DNA of 42,290 nucleotides from Daejeonella sp. (lineage in GTDB: Bacteria > Bacteroidota > Bacteroidia > Sphingobacteriales > Sphingobacteriaceae): assembly GCA_030831705.1 (NCBI GenBank), contig JAURKO010000147.1, positions 1 through 42,290 on the forward strand, read 5' to 3'. Position numbers and translations under genes: made by a program. Every line of letters begins with the position of its first letter. Positions within the stretch are counted from its first letter, which is position 1. Under the pieces are notes generated by a model. The model was not told the DNA's origin and made no database searches. It saw only the letters and a list, made by a program, of their open reading frames with translations. Of the stretch, positions 1-9,282 are shown piece by piece.

Positions 1-34
1 ATTGGTTCATTAAAAGTATTCAGTAACTTAAACC

Positions 35-188
35 GATTCCAGCGGAGGCTGGAATCTCCTGAGCCTAACCAATCTTTGTCATTCCCACGAAAGTGGGAAC
101 CTCCAATTCCTTAACTTAATGTCATTCCCACGAAAGTGGGAACCTCCCAATCTTAAAATAATGACATTGGGCGAAAGCGGGAACCTCC
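35..188. repeat. Cluster of REP-like palindromic repeats (TGTCATTCCCAC-GAAA-GTGGGAACCTCC family)
   Basis: Identical 28-nt copies at 77-104 and 120-147, a degenerate copy at 162-188 (period 42-43 nt) and a related hairpin GATTCCAGC-GGAG-GCTGGAATC at 35-56. Another family member lies at 9474-9503. Confidence 0.85.
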
Positions 189-278
189 AACTATTACAAT
201 AATGATTACCCCTTCGGGGTCGAAGTGAAACATTATTCCGCTTATTAGTGATTCCAAAAGGGTCAAAAACTATAAAAC

Positions 279-305
279 AAAAAAAGGGCTCCATTAAGGA
301 ACCCT
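279..305 (-). terminator. Probable intrinsic terminator of the desaturase gene
   Basis: Imperfect AGGGCTCC/GGAACCCT stem followed on the minus strand by a T-run, about 20 nt after the stop codon. Confidence 0.5.
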
Positions 306-327
306 CATTAAATATAATTTCTTGTGT

Positions 328-1056
328 CTACACCTTTCTTAACCTTATAATATGTAGATGATGCATTAATTTGATGATCGGATAAGAAGGATCAAATTCA
401 AACCATTTTAAGGCAAAATTCACATTATTTGGTTTCTTATGGTGATTGTTCTGAAACAATTCTCCAAGCATCAAAAAGTCGAGTGGAAGAGAGTTCTTGC
501 TGTGATCATGATTATCATAATTTGAATAACCATATTTATGTCCGCACCAGTTAACTACCGCACCGTGAATTGGTCCCATTAGAAAATGAATTGGAAGTAA
601 TAAAAACATCCACCAATACTCCGCAAAATACACGTAAAAAGTTATGTAAAGCATGATAAAGATAAGGCGGGTAATCCATAGATCACCAATTTTATCTATA
701 AGCGGCCATGTTGGATAATTATCACGAAAGGCTGGTTCTGGTTCGGTTTTAAACCTGATGAAATCCAGATAAATATTTTTAGTCTGAACCATCATTCCAA
801 TCACATCTTTAAAGAAATGCGGCGAGTGAGGATCTTTTTCTGTATCACTGTAGGCATGATGCATGCGATGCATAATGGCATAAGCACGTGGATTAAGAAA
901 GGAAGATCCCTGAGCCAGGAAGGTAGATAGATAGAAAACCTTTTCCCAGAAAGGACTCATTTTGAACATTTTATGAGAAGAGTAGCGATGCAGGAAGAAT
1001 GTTTGAAAGAACAGGGACAAAAACCAGTGAGCAAGAAAAAAAATCAGAATTATCAT
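328..1056 (-). CDS. Membrane fatty-acid (acyl-CoA/lipid) desaturase, delta-9-like family
   Basis: His boxes HRYSSH, HRMHH and QNNHH; DPHSP motif; hydrophobic helices. Confidence 0.88.
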   Translation of the reverse strand: MIILIFFLAHWFLSLFFQTFFLHRYSSHKMFKMSPFWEKVFYLSTFLAQGSSFLNPRAYAIMHRMHHAYSDTEKDPHSPHFFKDVIGMMVQTKNIYLDFIRFKTEPEPAFRDNYPTWPLIDKIGDLWITRLIFIMLYITFYVYFAEYWWMFLLLPIHFLMGPIHGAVVNWCGHKYGYSNYDNHDHSKNSLPLDFLMLGELFQNNHHKKPNNVNFALKWFEFDPSYPIIKLMHHLHIIRLRKV

Positions 1057-1144
1057 AAATCAAAAAGGCTTCGGATAAAAAGCAAGCGAAAATAATTAAA
1101 TTATAACAGTTAATTATAGCTGAAATGTCACGAATTCATAGTTA

Positions 1145-1657
1145 TTATCGTCCAAAATCATCCTGAACTCTAACAATATCAGATTCATCAGAAGGATTTG
1201 AAGCATCGGTATGTTGCCAGATCTCTGCAATTACTCCCCAATCTTCAAGTCCGACAAGCCTGTGACGCTCTCCCTGTTTAAGTACAATCTGATCTCCCGG
1301 ATTGTATCTATTAAGTTCAGTCTCCTGGTCTGTAAAGCTCGAAATAACCCCTACAGTACCGCTTATTACCTGCCAGATTTCTGCCCTACGGTGATGATAC
1401 TGCCATGAAAGTCGGGTTTGTGGGGCTACGACTAAAATTTTCGGACTTAGTTTCCCTGAGATTTTAAGCTGGTCGACAGCAATTCCACTGAAGTAGGTAT
1501 CAGAAAATTTTTGAGCCTGAACCTCATTGATTACGAAGAAACCTCCCCATGGCCTCTGCAAATCCATCTGCAAAATTTCAAATCCCTGAAATTCCAGATC
1601 CTCTTTTACTTTCCTGAAATGTTGTTCTTTCTGCAGTATATCATTCATATTCTGCAA
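1145..1657 (-). CDS. Cupin protein, mannose-6-phosphate isomerase type II C-terminal-like
   Basis: RPWGGF, RLSWQYHHRRAEIW, HRL and DIVRVQDDFGR motifs. The start may be the ATG a few codons downstream. Confidence 0.8.
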   Translation of the reverse strand: MQNMNDILQKEQHFRKVKEDLEFQGFEILQMDLQRPWGGFFVINEVQAQKFSDTYFSGIAVDQLKISGKLSPKILVVAPQTRLSWQYHHRRAEIWQVISGTVGVISSFTDQETELNRYNPGDQIVLKQGERHRLVGLEDWGVIAEIWQHTDASNPSDESDIVRVQDDFGR

Positions 1658-1705
1658 TTATAATTCTAAAGCAGCATAAATGCAATTTGCAGATAAATTA
1701 AGTAC

Positions 1706-1793
1706 TCCTCTGGCTGGTGTTATCCACCAAGCAGTCCAAATTGCTTATGGCACGGCGATAACACGGAACATAGATAACACCGACCACCGGGGA
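1706..1793. repeat. Inverted pair of small palindromic repeats (TCCTCTGGTTGGTGTTAT family)
   Basis: TCCTCTGGCTGGTGTTATCCACCAAGCAG at 1706-1734 and inverted GATAACACCGACCACCGGGGA at 1773-1793; relatives at 9432-9458 and 18557-18586. Confidence 0.6.
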
Positions 1794-1805
1794 AACACCA
1801 GAGAA

Positions 1806-4244
1806 TTAATCTTTTTCAACTTTTTGCTCCAGTCTCAAAAATGCGCTTCTTCTGGGTGCCGGCACTTCAAAATCATCACCTTTTAAGCCCTTCCATAATA
1901 CCTCATTAAATAATCGGTCGTCATTTTTATCTACTTCAGCAAAATCGAAGCCTTCGGAAATTTTAGACCATTTTGAAGCAATTTTGTTCGTTTCATCCAG
2001 GCTCACCCGGTTTGGGACTGCTTTAAACTTTGTAAAATCAGGTTTACTGGTAAAACTTCTGAACATAGGCATTGCAGCTGCATCATACTGGCTCATCGGG
2101 GGTAAACCCAGAATGAGCTCAATTGTGCGTAACATTCCTGAAGTGGAATACATGGTGTTATCCAGGTAATTTCTTTTGGTATACGGACTAACAACCAATG
2201 CAATTGATCGGTGCGCATCAACATGATCTGGACCGTTTTGGGCATCATCTTCAAGAATAAATATTGCCGACTGCGCCCATATTGAGCTATTGCTAATATG
2301 TTCAATCAATTTACCAACTGCCAGATCATTATCTGCTACACAGGCATAAGGAGTTGGTTTACCTAGTCCAAGCCCTTGTGTATGGTCAGAACCCAAACGA
2401 ATGGTATTTAAAGATGGGACTGCATTTTTCGATAATAATACATCAAAGTCAGCTTTCCACTGTTCAAAACGCTCAACATCTTTCACATTCTGATCGTAAT
2501 AACCTGTAAACGTAGAGGCGACATGTGCTTCATCCAAAACGGGTATGTTACCTTTATCCTTATCAGCAAAAACACCATAGGTTCTAAATGAAACTCCATG
2601 TTTTTTGGCCATATCCCAAATAAATCCATCTTTATTATTGGCAATTGTACGGCGACCTAAACCATCATTTTGACCACCTCTGCGACCATAGGATGTTGGC
2701 CATGTCTTTTCCAGAAAGTCTGTTGCATAAGCTCCCAATGACCAGTTATGACCATCGGCACTAACCTCTGCATCTACATAAAAATTATCCAGCAAAACAT
2801 ATTCCCGCACAAGCTTATGTTGATTTGGCGTATATTTTTCTCCAAAAAGAGTCAGTGTAGAATCGCCATTCCCTTCTTTGATATCTCCAAAAACCTGATC
2901 ATATGTACGGTTTTCCTTTATTACGTAAAAAACATATTTAATTGGGGAAGGATCACCTACCTTTTTTGGTATAGGATTACCGGTTTCGCCATCAGCAATT
3001 AATTCTTTATCCTTTTGATAAGGAGTGTTCTTGAATACATTTCTGGAATATACCTCAAGGTCGCTGGCAGAAGGCTCATCAATCACACTCATTGTTCCCT
3101 TCATCAGACTACCGATATATTGCAATCTATTATTTGCCTGTGGAAGTTCTCCTCTATGTGATTCAGATTTTACATCAGGTCTGACGGGCTGTGGTCCCTG
3201 AGGGTTCGCGAATGAAGAAAAACCTTTACCATTACTCACAAATATCTTACTTCCAATCACTCTGACATTCGTAGGAAACCATCCGACAGGAATAAAACCT
3301 TTAGAAACACTTTTACCCTTCTGACTTACATTAAAAACTGCAAGACAATTATTATCCGCGTTAGCGATATACAAACTTTGTCCATCTTTTGATAAAGCCA
3401 AACCATTGGTTGTAGATCCGGTAAGGGAATTAGGGAATAAAGCGGTATTCAAAATTTCAACGACTTTTTTTGCCTTGACGTCTATCACAGATACACTATT
3501 GTCCTGAGAATTGGCTACATAAAGTATACTTCCTGATTTATTTAGAATTAATTCATTCGGATTGTAGGAAACATCAACAGAAGCCGTAATTTTTCTAAGA
3601 TTTGTGTCGAAAAATGCTACCTTTTTGCCTCCCCATAAAGAAATATATAATGTTTTCTTGTCAGGCGATAAAACACAGGTATAGCCTTCATTTCCAATGC
3701 TTTGCTGATGAATAATTTTATTAGTCTTCAGGTCGAAAATATACAGGGAATTATTCTCCTTGGTAACTACGTATAAAAGATTTCTGTCATCATCAATCTC
3801 CAAACCAACAGGTGAAATTTTCTCAGGCCAAGGCTTACCCAGTTTTAGCGTATCCCTAATGAGTAATTTTGAATTGGCGATTTCATATTTCAAAATCCAG
3901 TTATCATTCCCACCAGAAGCATAGAGAAAGCGGTCATCCCTGCTGAATTCCAGTCCGTAAAAAGATTTCGGAATTTCTACCTTATCTAACACTTTTTCTG
4001 TTTTCGGATCAATTAACTGAATAGTTTGAGTACTCTGTCCATTGTTCGTGACCGCAATAAATCTTTCGGATCCTGAAACTGCAATATTCAATGGCAAGTC
4101 ACCCAGCTCAACTGATCTACCGGCAGGAGACAATGACCAGCCATTGGGGAGCATAATTCTCTTAGAATTCAGCTGCTCATTTAGATTCTGCGCATTTGCG
4201 GCAAAGGCAAATAGCGTTAAGCCCAGAAAAAATATTTTTTTCAT
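1806..4244 (-). CDS. Secreted YncE-type beta-propeller / phosphoesterase (alkaline phosphatase superfamily) fusion
   Basis: Signal peptide; YVTN-like propeller repeats (LYVANSQDNSVSVID); C-terminal IKENRTYDQVFGD, SADGHNW and EDDAQNGPDHVDAHRS motifs. Confidence 0.85.
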   Translation of the reverse strand: MKKIFFLGLTLFAFAANAQNLNEQLNSKRIMLPNGWSLSPAGRSVELGDLPLNIAVSGSERFIAVTNNGQSTQTIQLIDPKTEKVLDKVEIPKSFYGLEFSRDDRFLYASGGNDNWILKYEIANSKLLIRDTLKLGKPWPEKISPVGLEIDDDRNLLYVVTKENNSLYIFDLKTNKIIHQQSIGNEGYTCVLSPDKKTLYISLWGGKKVAFFDTNLRKITASVDVSYNPNELILNKSGSILYVANSQDNSVSVIDVKAKKVVEILNTALFPNSLTGSTTNGLALSKDGQSLYIANADNNCLAVFNVSQKGKSVSKGFIPVGWFPTNVRVIGSKIFVSNGKGFSSFANPQGPQPVRPDVKSESHRGELPQANNRLQYIGSLMKGTMSVIDEPSASDLEVYSRNVFKNTPYQKDKELIADGETGNPIPKKVGDPSPIKYVFYVIKENRTYDQVFGDIKEGNGDSTLTLFGEKYTPNQHKLVREYVLLDNFYVDAEVSADGHNWSLGAYATDFLEKTWPTSYGRRGGQNDGLGRRTIANNKDGFIWDMAKKHGVSFRTYGVFADKDKGNIPVLDEAHVASTFTGYYDQNVKDVERFEQWKADFDVLLSKNAVPSLNTIRLGSDHTQGLGLGKPTPYACVADNDLAVGKLIEHISNSSIWAQSAIFILEDDAQNGPDHVDAHRSIALVVSPYTKRNYLDNTMYSTSGMLRTIELILGLPPMSQYDAAAMPMFRSFTSKPDFTKFKAVPNRVSLDETNKIASKWSKISEGFDFAEVDKNDDRLFNEVLWKGLKGDDFEVPAPRRSAFLRLEQKVEKD

Positions 4245-4337
4245 TTCTCTATTTTAATGTGTGTTTATTATAAAATGGATTTATAGCAATTGATAAAATT
4301 GAATTTGAACTAATTTCTCAATACTCAATTAAATATA

Positions 4338-5822
4338 CTATTTCTCCCACCAAAGCTTAACATTACTGTTATCACCGCCAATTGAAGCAACAGCAGCCTG
4401 AAGGTTACTTGCATTTAAAGACTGTAAATAGGTTGGATAAGGCACCCTTGAAGGAAATACATTTTCGGCCGGGATTCCTGTTCCTCTTGGTAAAACCGGA
4501 TAACCTGTACGGCGTTTTTCAAACCAGGATTGATAATCAACAAAAAAGTAAGCATAATATTTTTGTAGTATGATTTGTTCCAGCTGTTGAGCTGCAGTAC
4601 CGGTAGCATTGTACACCACACCCGCCGTATTCAAAAATCCAGCTGGCATGGTTGCACCCCATTGAACCATGGAAGCCATTATTCCCGCATCATAATGTGC
4701 CTTGGCTGTTCTTCCTGTATTAAAGCCCTTCAAAGCTAATTCAGCATTTATAAACTCAACCTCTGAGTAGGTCATCATCACACCAAGCAGCGGTGATGTT
4801 TTTAATACATCAGGATAACTTGAATTACGACCTACGATATATTCCAGACTTGTTGGATAGCCACTGTCAATTCCCTGATAAACACTTTGTCCGTTTACAA
4901 TAACAGGAGATACCCAGATAGCCCTTCTTGGATCATTGATTGCATTCATATGATTTAAAAAGAACTTTGTAAAATAAGTTCCATCTCTCCACTCCAGGGT
5001 ACGAGCCTGGAAATAAGGATTGAAATATGGAAATGTTCCAGGATATCTGAAAATTGCATCATCTGCATTAGCAGTAAAAACAGGATTTGCTGTTGGGTTA
5101 GCTAAGATTGAAGTGATTTGCTGATTTACATTAACTTCACCATCACGCTTAGATATTCTTAGCAATAATCTCAATCTGAGGGAATTGGCAAATTTTCTCC
5201 ATCTTTGAATACCTAAATTTCTACCTCCGGTCAACACATTCGCGTTATAAACCTGGTCGCCGCCATAAGTCAAGGCCTTAGTATCATCAAATAAGGTATT
5301 TGCAGTTTCAAGATCCTTTAAAATTTGTATGTAGATATCTTTTTGCTTATCAAAAGCCGGTGTAAAATTACCTTCAGAAGCCTTAATTGCTTGTGAATAA
5401 GGAACATCTCCATATAAATCAGTTAAGATAGAGTAAGCCCAGCTTTTATAAACCAGAGCAATTGCTTTGTAGTTATTTTCTTTAAGTCTATCCGAAATCT
5501 TATAGATGTCTTCTACATCAGTCAAACGATCATAAAAACCAGTCCATACTGCCTGACCTGGCTGCACTACATAGCGATGTAAACCCTGTCCGCCCGGACT
5601 TGCTCGTGGAGCATCAACCTGCATGAGTTCATGTGTAAAATTACGGGCTGCCTGAATAGAATTGTTCACTATTCGATATTGCATTTGGCCTAATAAGATT
5701 CCGGGTGTCACATCATTAGGTCGGTTAGGATCGGTATTTAATTCCTCAAATTTATCTGTACAAGAGAACAGAGAAGTGAATACTAAAAGTATTGAAGTAA
5801 CTATTTTGATTGAAAATTTCAT
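4338..5822 (-). CDS. susD: SusD/RagB family outer-membrane lipoprotein
   Basis: Lipobox LFSC, LNTDPN, LTDLYGDVPYSQA, KFANSLRLRLLLR; directly downstream of a SusC gene. Confidence 0.93.
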   Translation of the reverse strand: MKFSIKIVTSILLVFTSLFSCTDKFEELNTDPNRPNDVTPGILLGQMQYRIVNNSIQAARNFTHELMQVDAPRASPGGQGLHRYVVQPGQAVWTGFYDRLTDVEDIYKISDRLKENNYKAIALVYKSWAYSILTDLYGDVPYSQAIKASEGNFTPAFDKQKDIYIQILKDLETANTLFDDTKALTYGGDQVYNANVLTGGRNLGIQRWRKFANSLRLRLLLRISKRDGEVNVNQQITSILANPTANPVFTANADDAIFRYPGTFPYFNPYFQARTLEWRDGTYFTKFFLNHMNAINDPRRAIWVSPVIVNGQSVYQGIDSGYPTSLEYIVGRNSSYPDVLKTSPLLGVMMTYSEVEFINAELALKGFNTGRTAKAHYDAGIMASMVQWGATMPAGFLNTAGVVYNATGTAAQQLEQIILQKYYAYFFVDYQSWFEKRRTGYPVLPRGTGIPAENVFPSRVPYPTYLQSLNASNLQAAVASIGGDNSNVKLWWEK

Positions 5823-5851
5823 GTCTTTTGTGTTTTAAGAATAATTTTTGA

Positions 5852-8800
5852 TTAAAACTTAAATGTTAGGTTAGTACCCATTAAACGGTTTGAGGGAAAC
5901 TGGGTCAGCTCTACTCCCGGAGTTAAAGTTCCACTATCCAAATTTCCTCCTTCCGGATCAAATCCTGGAAATTTGGTGAAGTTGAACAGATCTCTACCCC
6001 AAATTGCAATAGATGTTTTTTGAACGCCTAATTTTCTGAGCACATTGGCAGGAAGACCAAATTCTAATCTTACTTCTCTGATCTTTAAGAAAGAAGCATC
6101 AAAAATATTAGTTTCTGCATTGCTGATTTGGTAATAGTTATCATAATAGGCACTAGCCTGAGCAACCACAGTATTTTTAACAAAAGTACCGTTCGCTAAT
6201 TTCACAACCCCATCCCCAATAATTCCGGCATCACGTCCGGGAAGAGTAACTTTTGTTTTTCCAAGGGTATTATTCTTATGGCTGGTTTGAGAATACATTT
6301 CCCCGCCGTATTGACCATCCATTAAAATACTCAGATTTATATTTTTATACCTGAATTCATTCATTAAACTGCCTTTCCAATCGGCAAAGGCATTACCCAT
6401 TTTACGCGCAACCTGGTCAAGCGGAGCAGGCAAACCATTGGCAGAGTTATAAATGATCTGACCATCAGGAGAACGCTGAAATCCCCTTCCGTACATATCT
6501 CCCATAAGTCCGCCAACACGCGCTTCAATACTTACATTCGAACCATGCTGATAGATGATTTGATTGGTTAAGCCCTCAGTTAATTCTTTTACATAACTGC
6601 GGTTTCTATTCCAAAGTAAAGTTGTGCTCCAGGAGAATTTATCCTTTAAAATTGGTTTTCCGTTTAATTGAACTTCCCAGCCTTTACTATTGATCAAACC
6701 TGCGTTAATTAATGCTGTAGAAAATCCTGTTACGGGATCCAGAGGAATGGATAGAATCTGGTTACGGCTATTGTTATTATAGTGAGCAACATCAAATCCC
6801 ACCCTGTTGTTAAAAAAACGCATATCCAAACCAAACTCATAACTGGCTGTTATTTCGGGTTTCAATTCAGCATTAAATAACTGATTAGGGTTTGTAAATG
6901 AATTACCATAAATACGATCATAATATCTGGCAGTTTGATAGGGTCTGGTATCATTACCTACCTGCGCCCAGGATGCTCTAAATTTAGAAAAGGTAATAAC
7001 CTTTGGAAGTTCAAAAATCTCATCCAGAATAAAGCTGGAACTTACCGAAGGATAGAAAAACGAATTATTCTTGAAAGGCAGCGTACTTGACCAGTCATTT
7101 CTACCAGTCAGATCTACATAAACTTTTTCATCATAAGCAATTTGAGTACTGCCGTACACGCTATTTATAGCCTTTCTGGTTCTAGATGGGTCAACCACTG
7201 CCTGGTCTAAACTATTGGAAATCTGATAAACACCAGGTTGAGCTAATTGATCTGCATAAACACCTGCAAAATCATACTGCTGATTCATCGTATTTGCACC
7301 GGCACTTGCAGAGATGGAAATTTTGGGTGTAATTTTATCCTTGAAAGAAAGCAATAAATCAGTGTTTGACTCATAGGAGAACACGTTTTGCTCACGGTAC
7401 ATTCCCCTTGGATATCTTGTCATACTGAATGGTCTCTGTTGTGACCGAAATTCATTGGCCATATCAACTCCAGTTCTTAACAAAAGATCAAACTTTTTTG
7501 AGATTTCATAAGTTGCAGAGACGTTTCCTATCAAACCATTTTTGTTCATTTTATTCAGCATTTCATACATACCCAGATAAGGATTATCCGGACCTGGATT
7601 GAATGGATTCTTTTGAACAACATTTTCTAAACCAGGTTGCCAGTAAGGCTTAAACCATTCAGGTCTGATGTTTGGCGTTGTACCAATGATCAGAAAATAC
7701 ATTAGGGTCTGATTGTTGTACCCTGCAATCGGAAGGTTGTCACTCTTTTTATTGGAGTAGTTAGCCCTACCGGTAATTTTTAATTTATCAGATACTTTTT
7801 GATTAAAAGATAATGTGGCATTTAATCTTTCAAATCCGGTATTCGGAACAATCCAGTCATTCTTTAAGTGCGTAACTGAAAGTCTGGCAGAGCTTTTATC
7901 AGAACCACCTTCAATAGACAGGTTATTACTTAAAGTCTGACCAGTACGGAAGAATCCCGAAATATAATCGTCATGTGCCACCCAGGGAGTTTTCTGGGTT
8001 GGTCTATTCCCCGGAGTGTTTGGATCATATTGAAAATAGCTTTGGCCTGCAAATTTGGGACCCCAGGCTCTACCAGCAGCTACGGTAGTACTGGTATTAA
8101 TTCCATCGGGACTATCTAAATAAGAGTAATAAGCACTAGTTCTACCTTCACCGTACTCAAACTGGTAATCTGGCCAGCGATTGACCTGTTCAATATTAAA
8201 GTTGGAATTAAAAGTAACCCCCAATCCTTTGCCCTTACGCTCTCCACTTTTTGTGGTGATGATAATTACCCCACCAGCTGCACGACTACCATAAAGTGCC
8301 GTTGCACCAGGTCCTTTTAGTACAGTTACAGTTTCTATATCATCAGGATTTATATCTGAAACACCTGAACCATAATCAACTGGACTATCCTGAGAGAGGT
8401 GAGAATTAAAACCGGTTCCAGTTATTTTGCTACTAATTGGCACACCATCAACTACAATTAACGCCTGGTTATTATCCAGGTTCAAAGAAGATTCACCTCT
8501 TAAAGTGATTCTAGATGAACCCATTGGTCCGGCGCCCGTTCCCTGAATATTTAAACCTGCAACCTTACCAGAAAGTGAGTTAATCCAATTATTGGTTTTG
8601 GCATCGACAACCGATTCGGCAGTAATCGTTTGAGCAGCAAAACCCAGTGATTTTTCTTCCCTTTTAATACCTAAGGCAGTTACAACAACCTCGTTCAAAA
8701 ATTTATTATCTTCAGCGAGAGTAATGGCATACTCTCTTCTGTTGTCCAACGGAATTTCAATCGTCGTAAAACCTATCGATGAAATAACTAGAATACCCTG

Positions 8801-9025
8801 ATTTTGCGGAATACTTAATTTAAATTCTCCGTTAACGTCAGTAGTGGTGCCATTAGTTGTTCCTTTTAAACGAACACTAACACCTGGAATAGGCTCATTG
8901 CCAATGTCTTTTACTTTCCCTGAAATTTGGGTCTGTGCAAATGCCTTTTCCTGAAAGTTCAGAAAGGAAAATGTAATTAATAAAATAAGTGCTTTACAAA
9001 AAAAAAGCTTGTAATGTTTTTTCAT
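5852..9025 (-). CDS. susC: SusC/RagA family TonB-dependent transporter
   Basis: N-terminal CarboxypepD_reg-like domain, EVVVTALGIKRE, plug motif INPDDIETVTVLKGPGATALYGSRAAGGVIIITTK, C-terminal Phe. Confidence 0.96.
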   Translation of the reverse strand: MKKHYKLFFCKALILLITFSFLNFQEKAFAQTQISGKVKDIGNEPIPGVSVRLKGTTNGTTTDVNGEFKLSIPQNQGILVISSIGFTTIEIPLDNRREYAITLAEDNKFLNEVVVTALGIKREEKSLGFAAQTITAESVVDAKTNNWINSLSGKVAGLNIQGTGAGPMGSSRITLRGESSLNLDNNQALIVVDGVPISSKITGTGFNSHLSQDSPVDYGSGVSDINPDDIETVTVLKGPGATALYGSRAAGGVIIITTKSGERKGKGLGVTFNSNFNIEQVNRWPDYQFEYGEGRTSAYYSYLDSPDGINTSTTVAAGRAWGPKFAGQSYFQYDPNTPGNRPTQKTPWVAHDDYISGFFRTGQTLSNNLSIEGGSDKSSARLSVTHLKNDWIVPNTGFERLNATLSFNQKVSDKLKITGRANYSNKKSDNLPIAGYNNQTLMYFLIIGTTPNIRPEWFKPYWQPGLENVVQKNPFNPGPDNPYLGMYEMLNKMNKNGLIGNVSATYEISKKFDLLLRTGVDMANEFRSQQRPFSMTRYPRGMYREQNVFSYESNTDLLLSFKDKITPKISISASAGANTMNQQYDFAGVYADQLAQPGVYQISNSLDQAVVDPSRTRKAINSVYGSTQIAYDEKVYVDLTGRNDWSSTLPFKNNSFFYPSVSSSFILDEIFELPKVITFSKFRASWAQVGNDTRPYQTARYYDRIYGNSFTNPNQLFNAELKPEITASYEFGLDMRFFNNRVGFDVAHYNNNSRNQILSIPLDPVTGFSTALINAGLINSKGWEVQLNGKPILKDKFSWSTTLLWNRNRSYVKELTEGLTNQIIYQHGSNVSIEARVGGLMGDMYGRGFQRSPDGQIIYNSANGLPAPLDQVARKMGNAFADWKGSLMNEFRYKNINLSILMDGQYGGEMYSQTSHKNNTLGKTKVTLPGRDAGIIGDGVVKLANGTFVKNTVVAQASAYYDNYYQISNAETNIFDASFLKIREVRLEFGLPANVLRKLGVQKTSIAIWGRDLFNFTKFPGFDPEGGNLDSGTLTPGVELTQFPSNRLMGTNLTFKF

Positions 9026-9282
9026 AATTCAGATTTGGAACTTTAGATGCATAAATGATTTGTCATCAAAAGTCCGTTTGGAATATTAAGTCTGAATTAG
9101 GTTAATATTTTGTTTGAGATAATAATTTAGGTTTTGGAAAAGCATGGTATTAAACCTGAAGTAGAGAAAAATAATTCTTATTCAATTGAAAATAAATTAG
9201 TTATAACTTAATTTAAGAATAGATTTACCTTAAATTAATCTAGACAAGATTAAGTTAATGTTTCAGAATAGTTTAATTAACC

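Noticed and set aside
77-188. Possible CRISPR mini-array
   Set aside because: Spacers are only about 14-15 nt, the third unit is degenerate, there are no cas genes, and a related unit occurs singly at 9474; REP-like repeats fit better.
79-294. 71-aa minus-strand ORF
   Set aside because: It is a translation of the repeats (WRFPLS recurs) with no protein features.
1680-1886. 68-aa plus-strand ORF
   Set aside because: It spans an intergenic repeat pair and overlaps the phosphoesterase 3' end in antisense.
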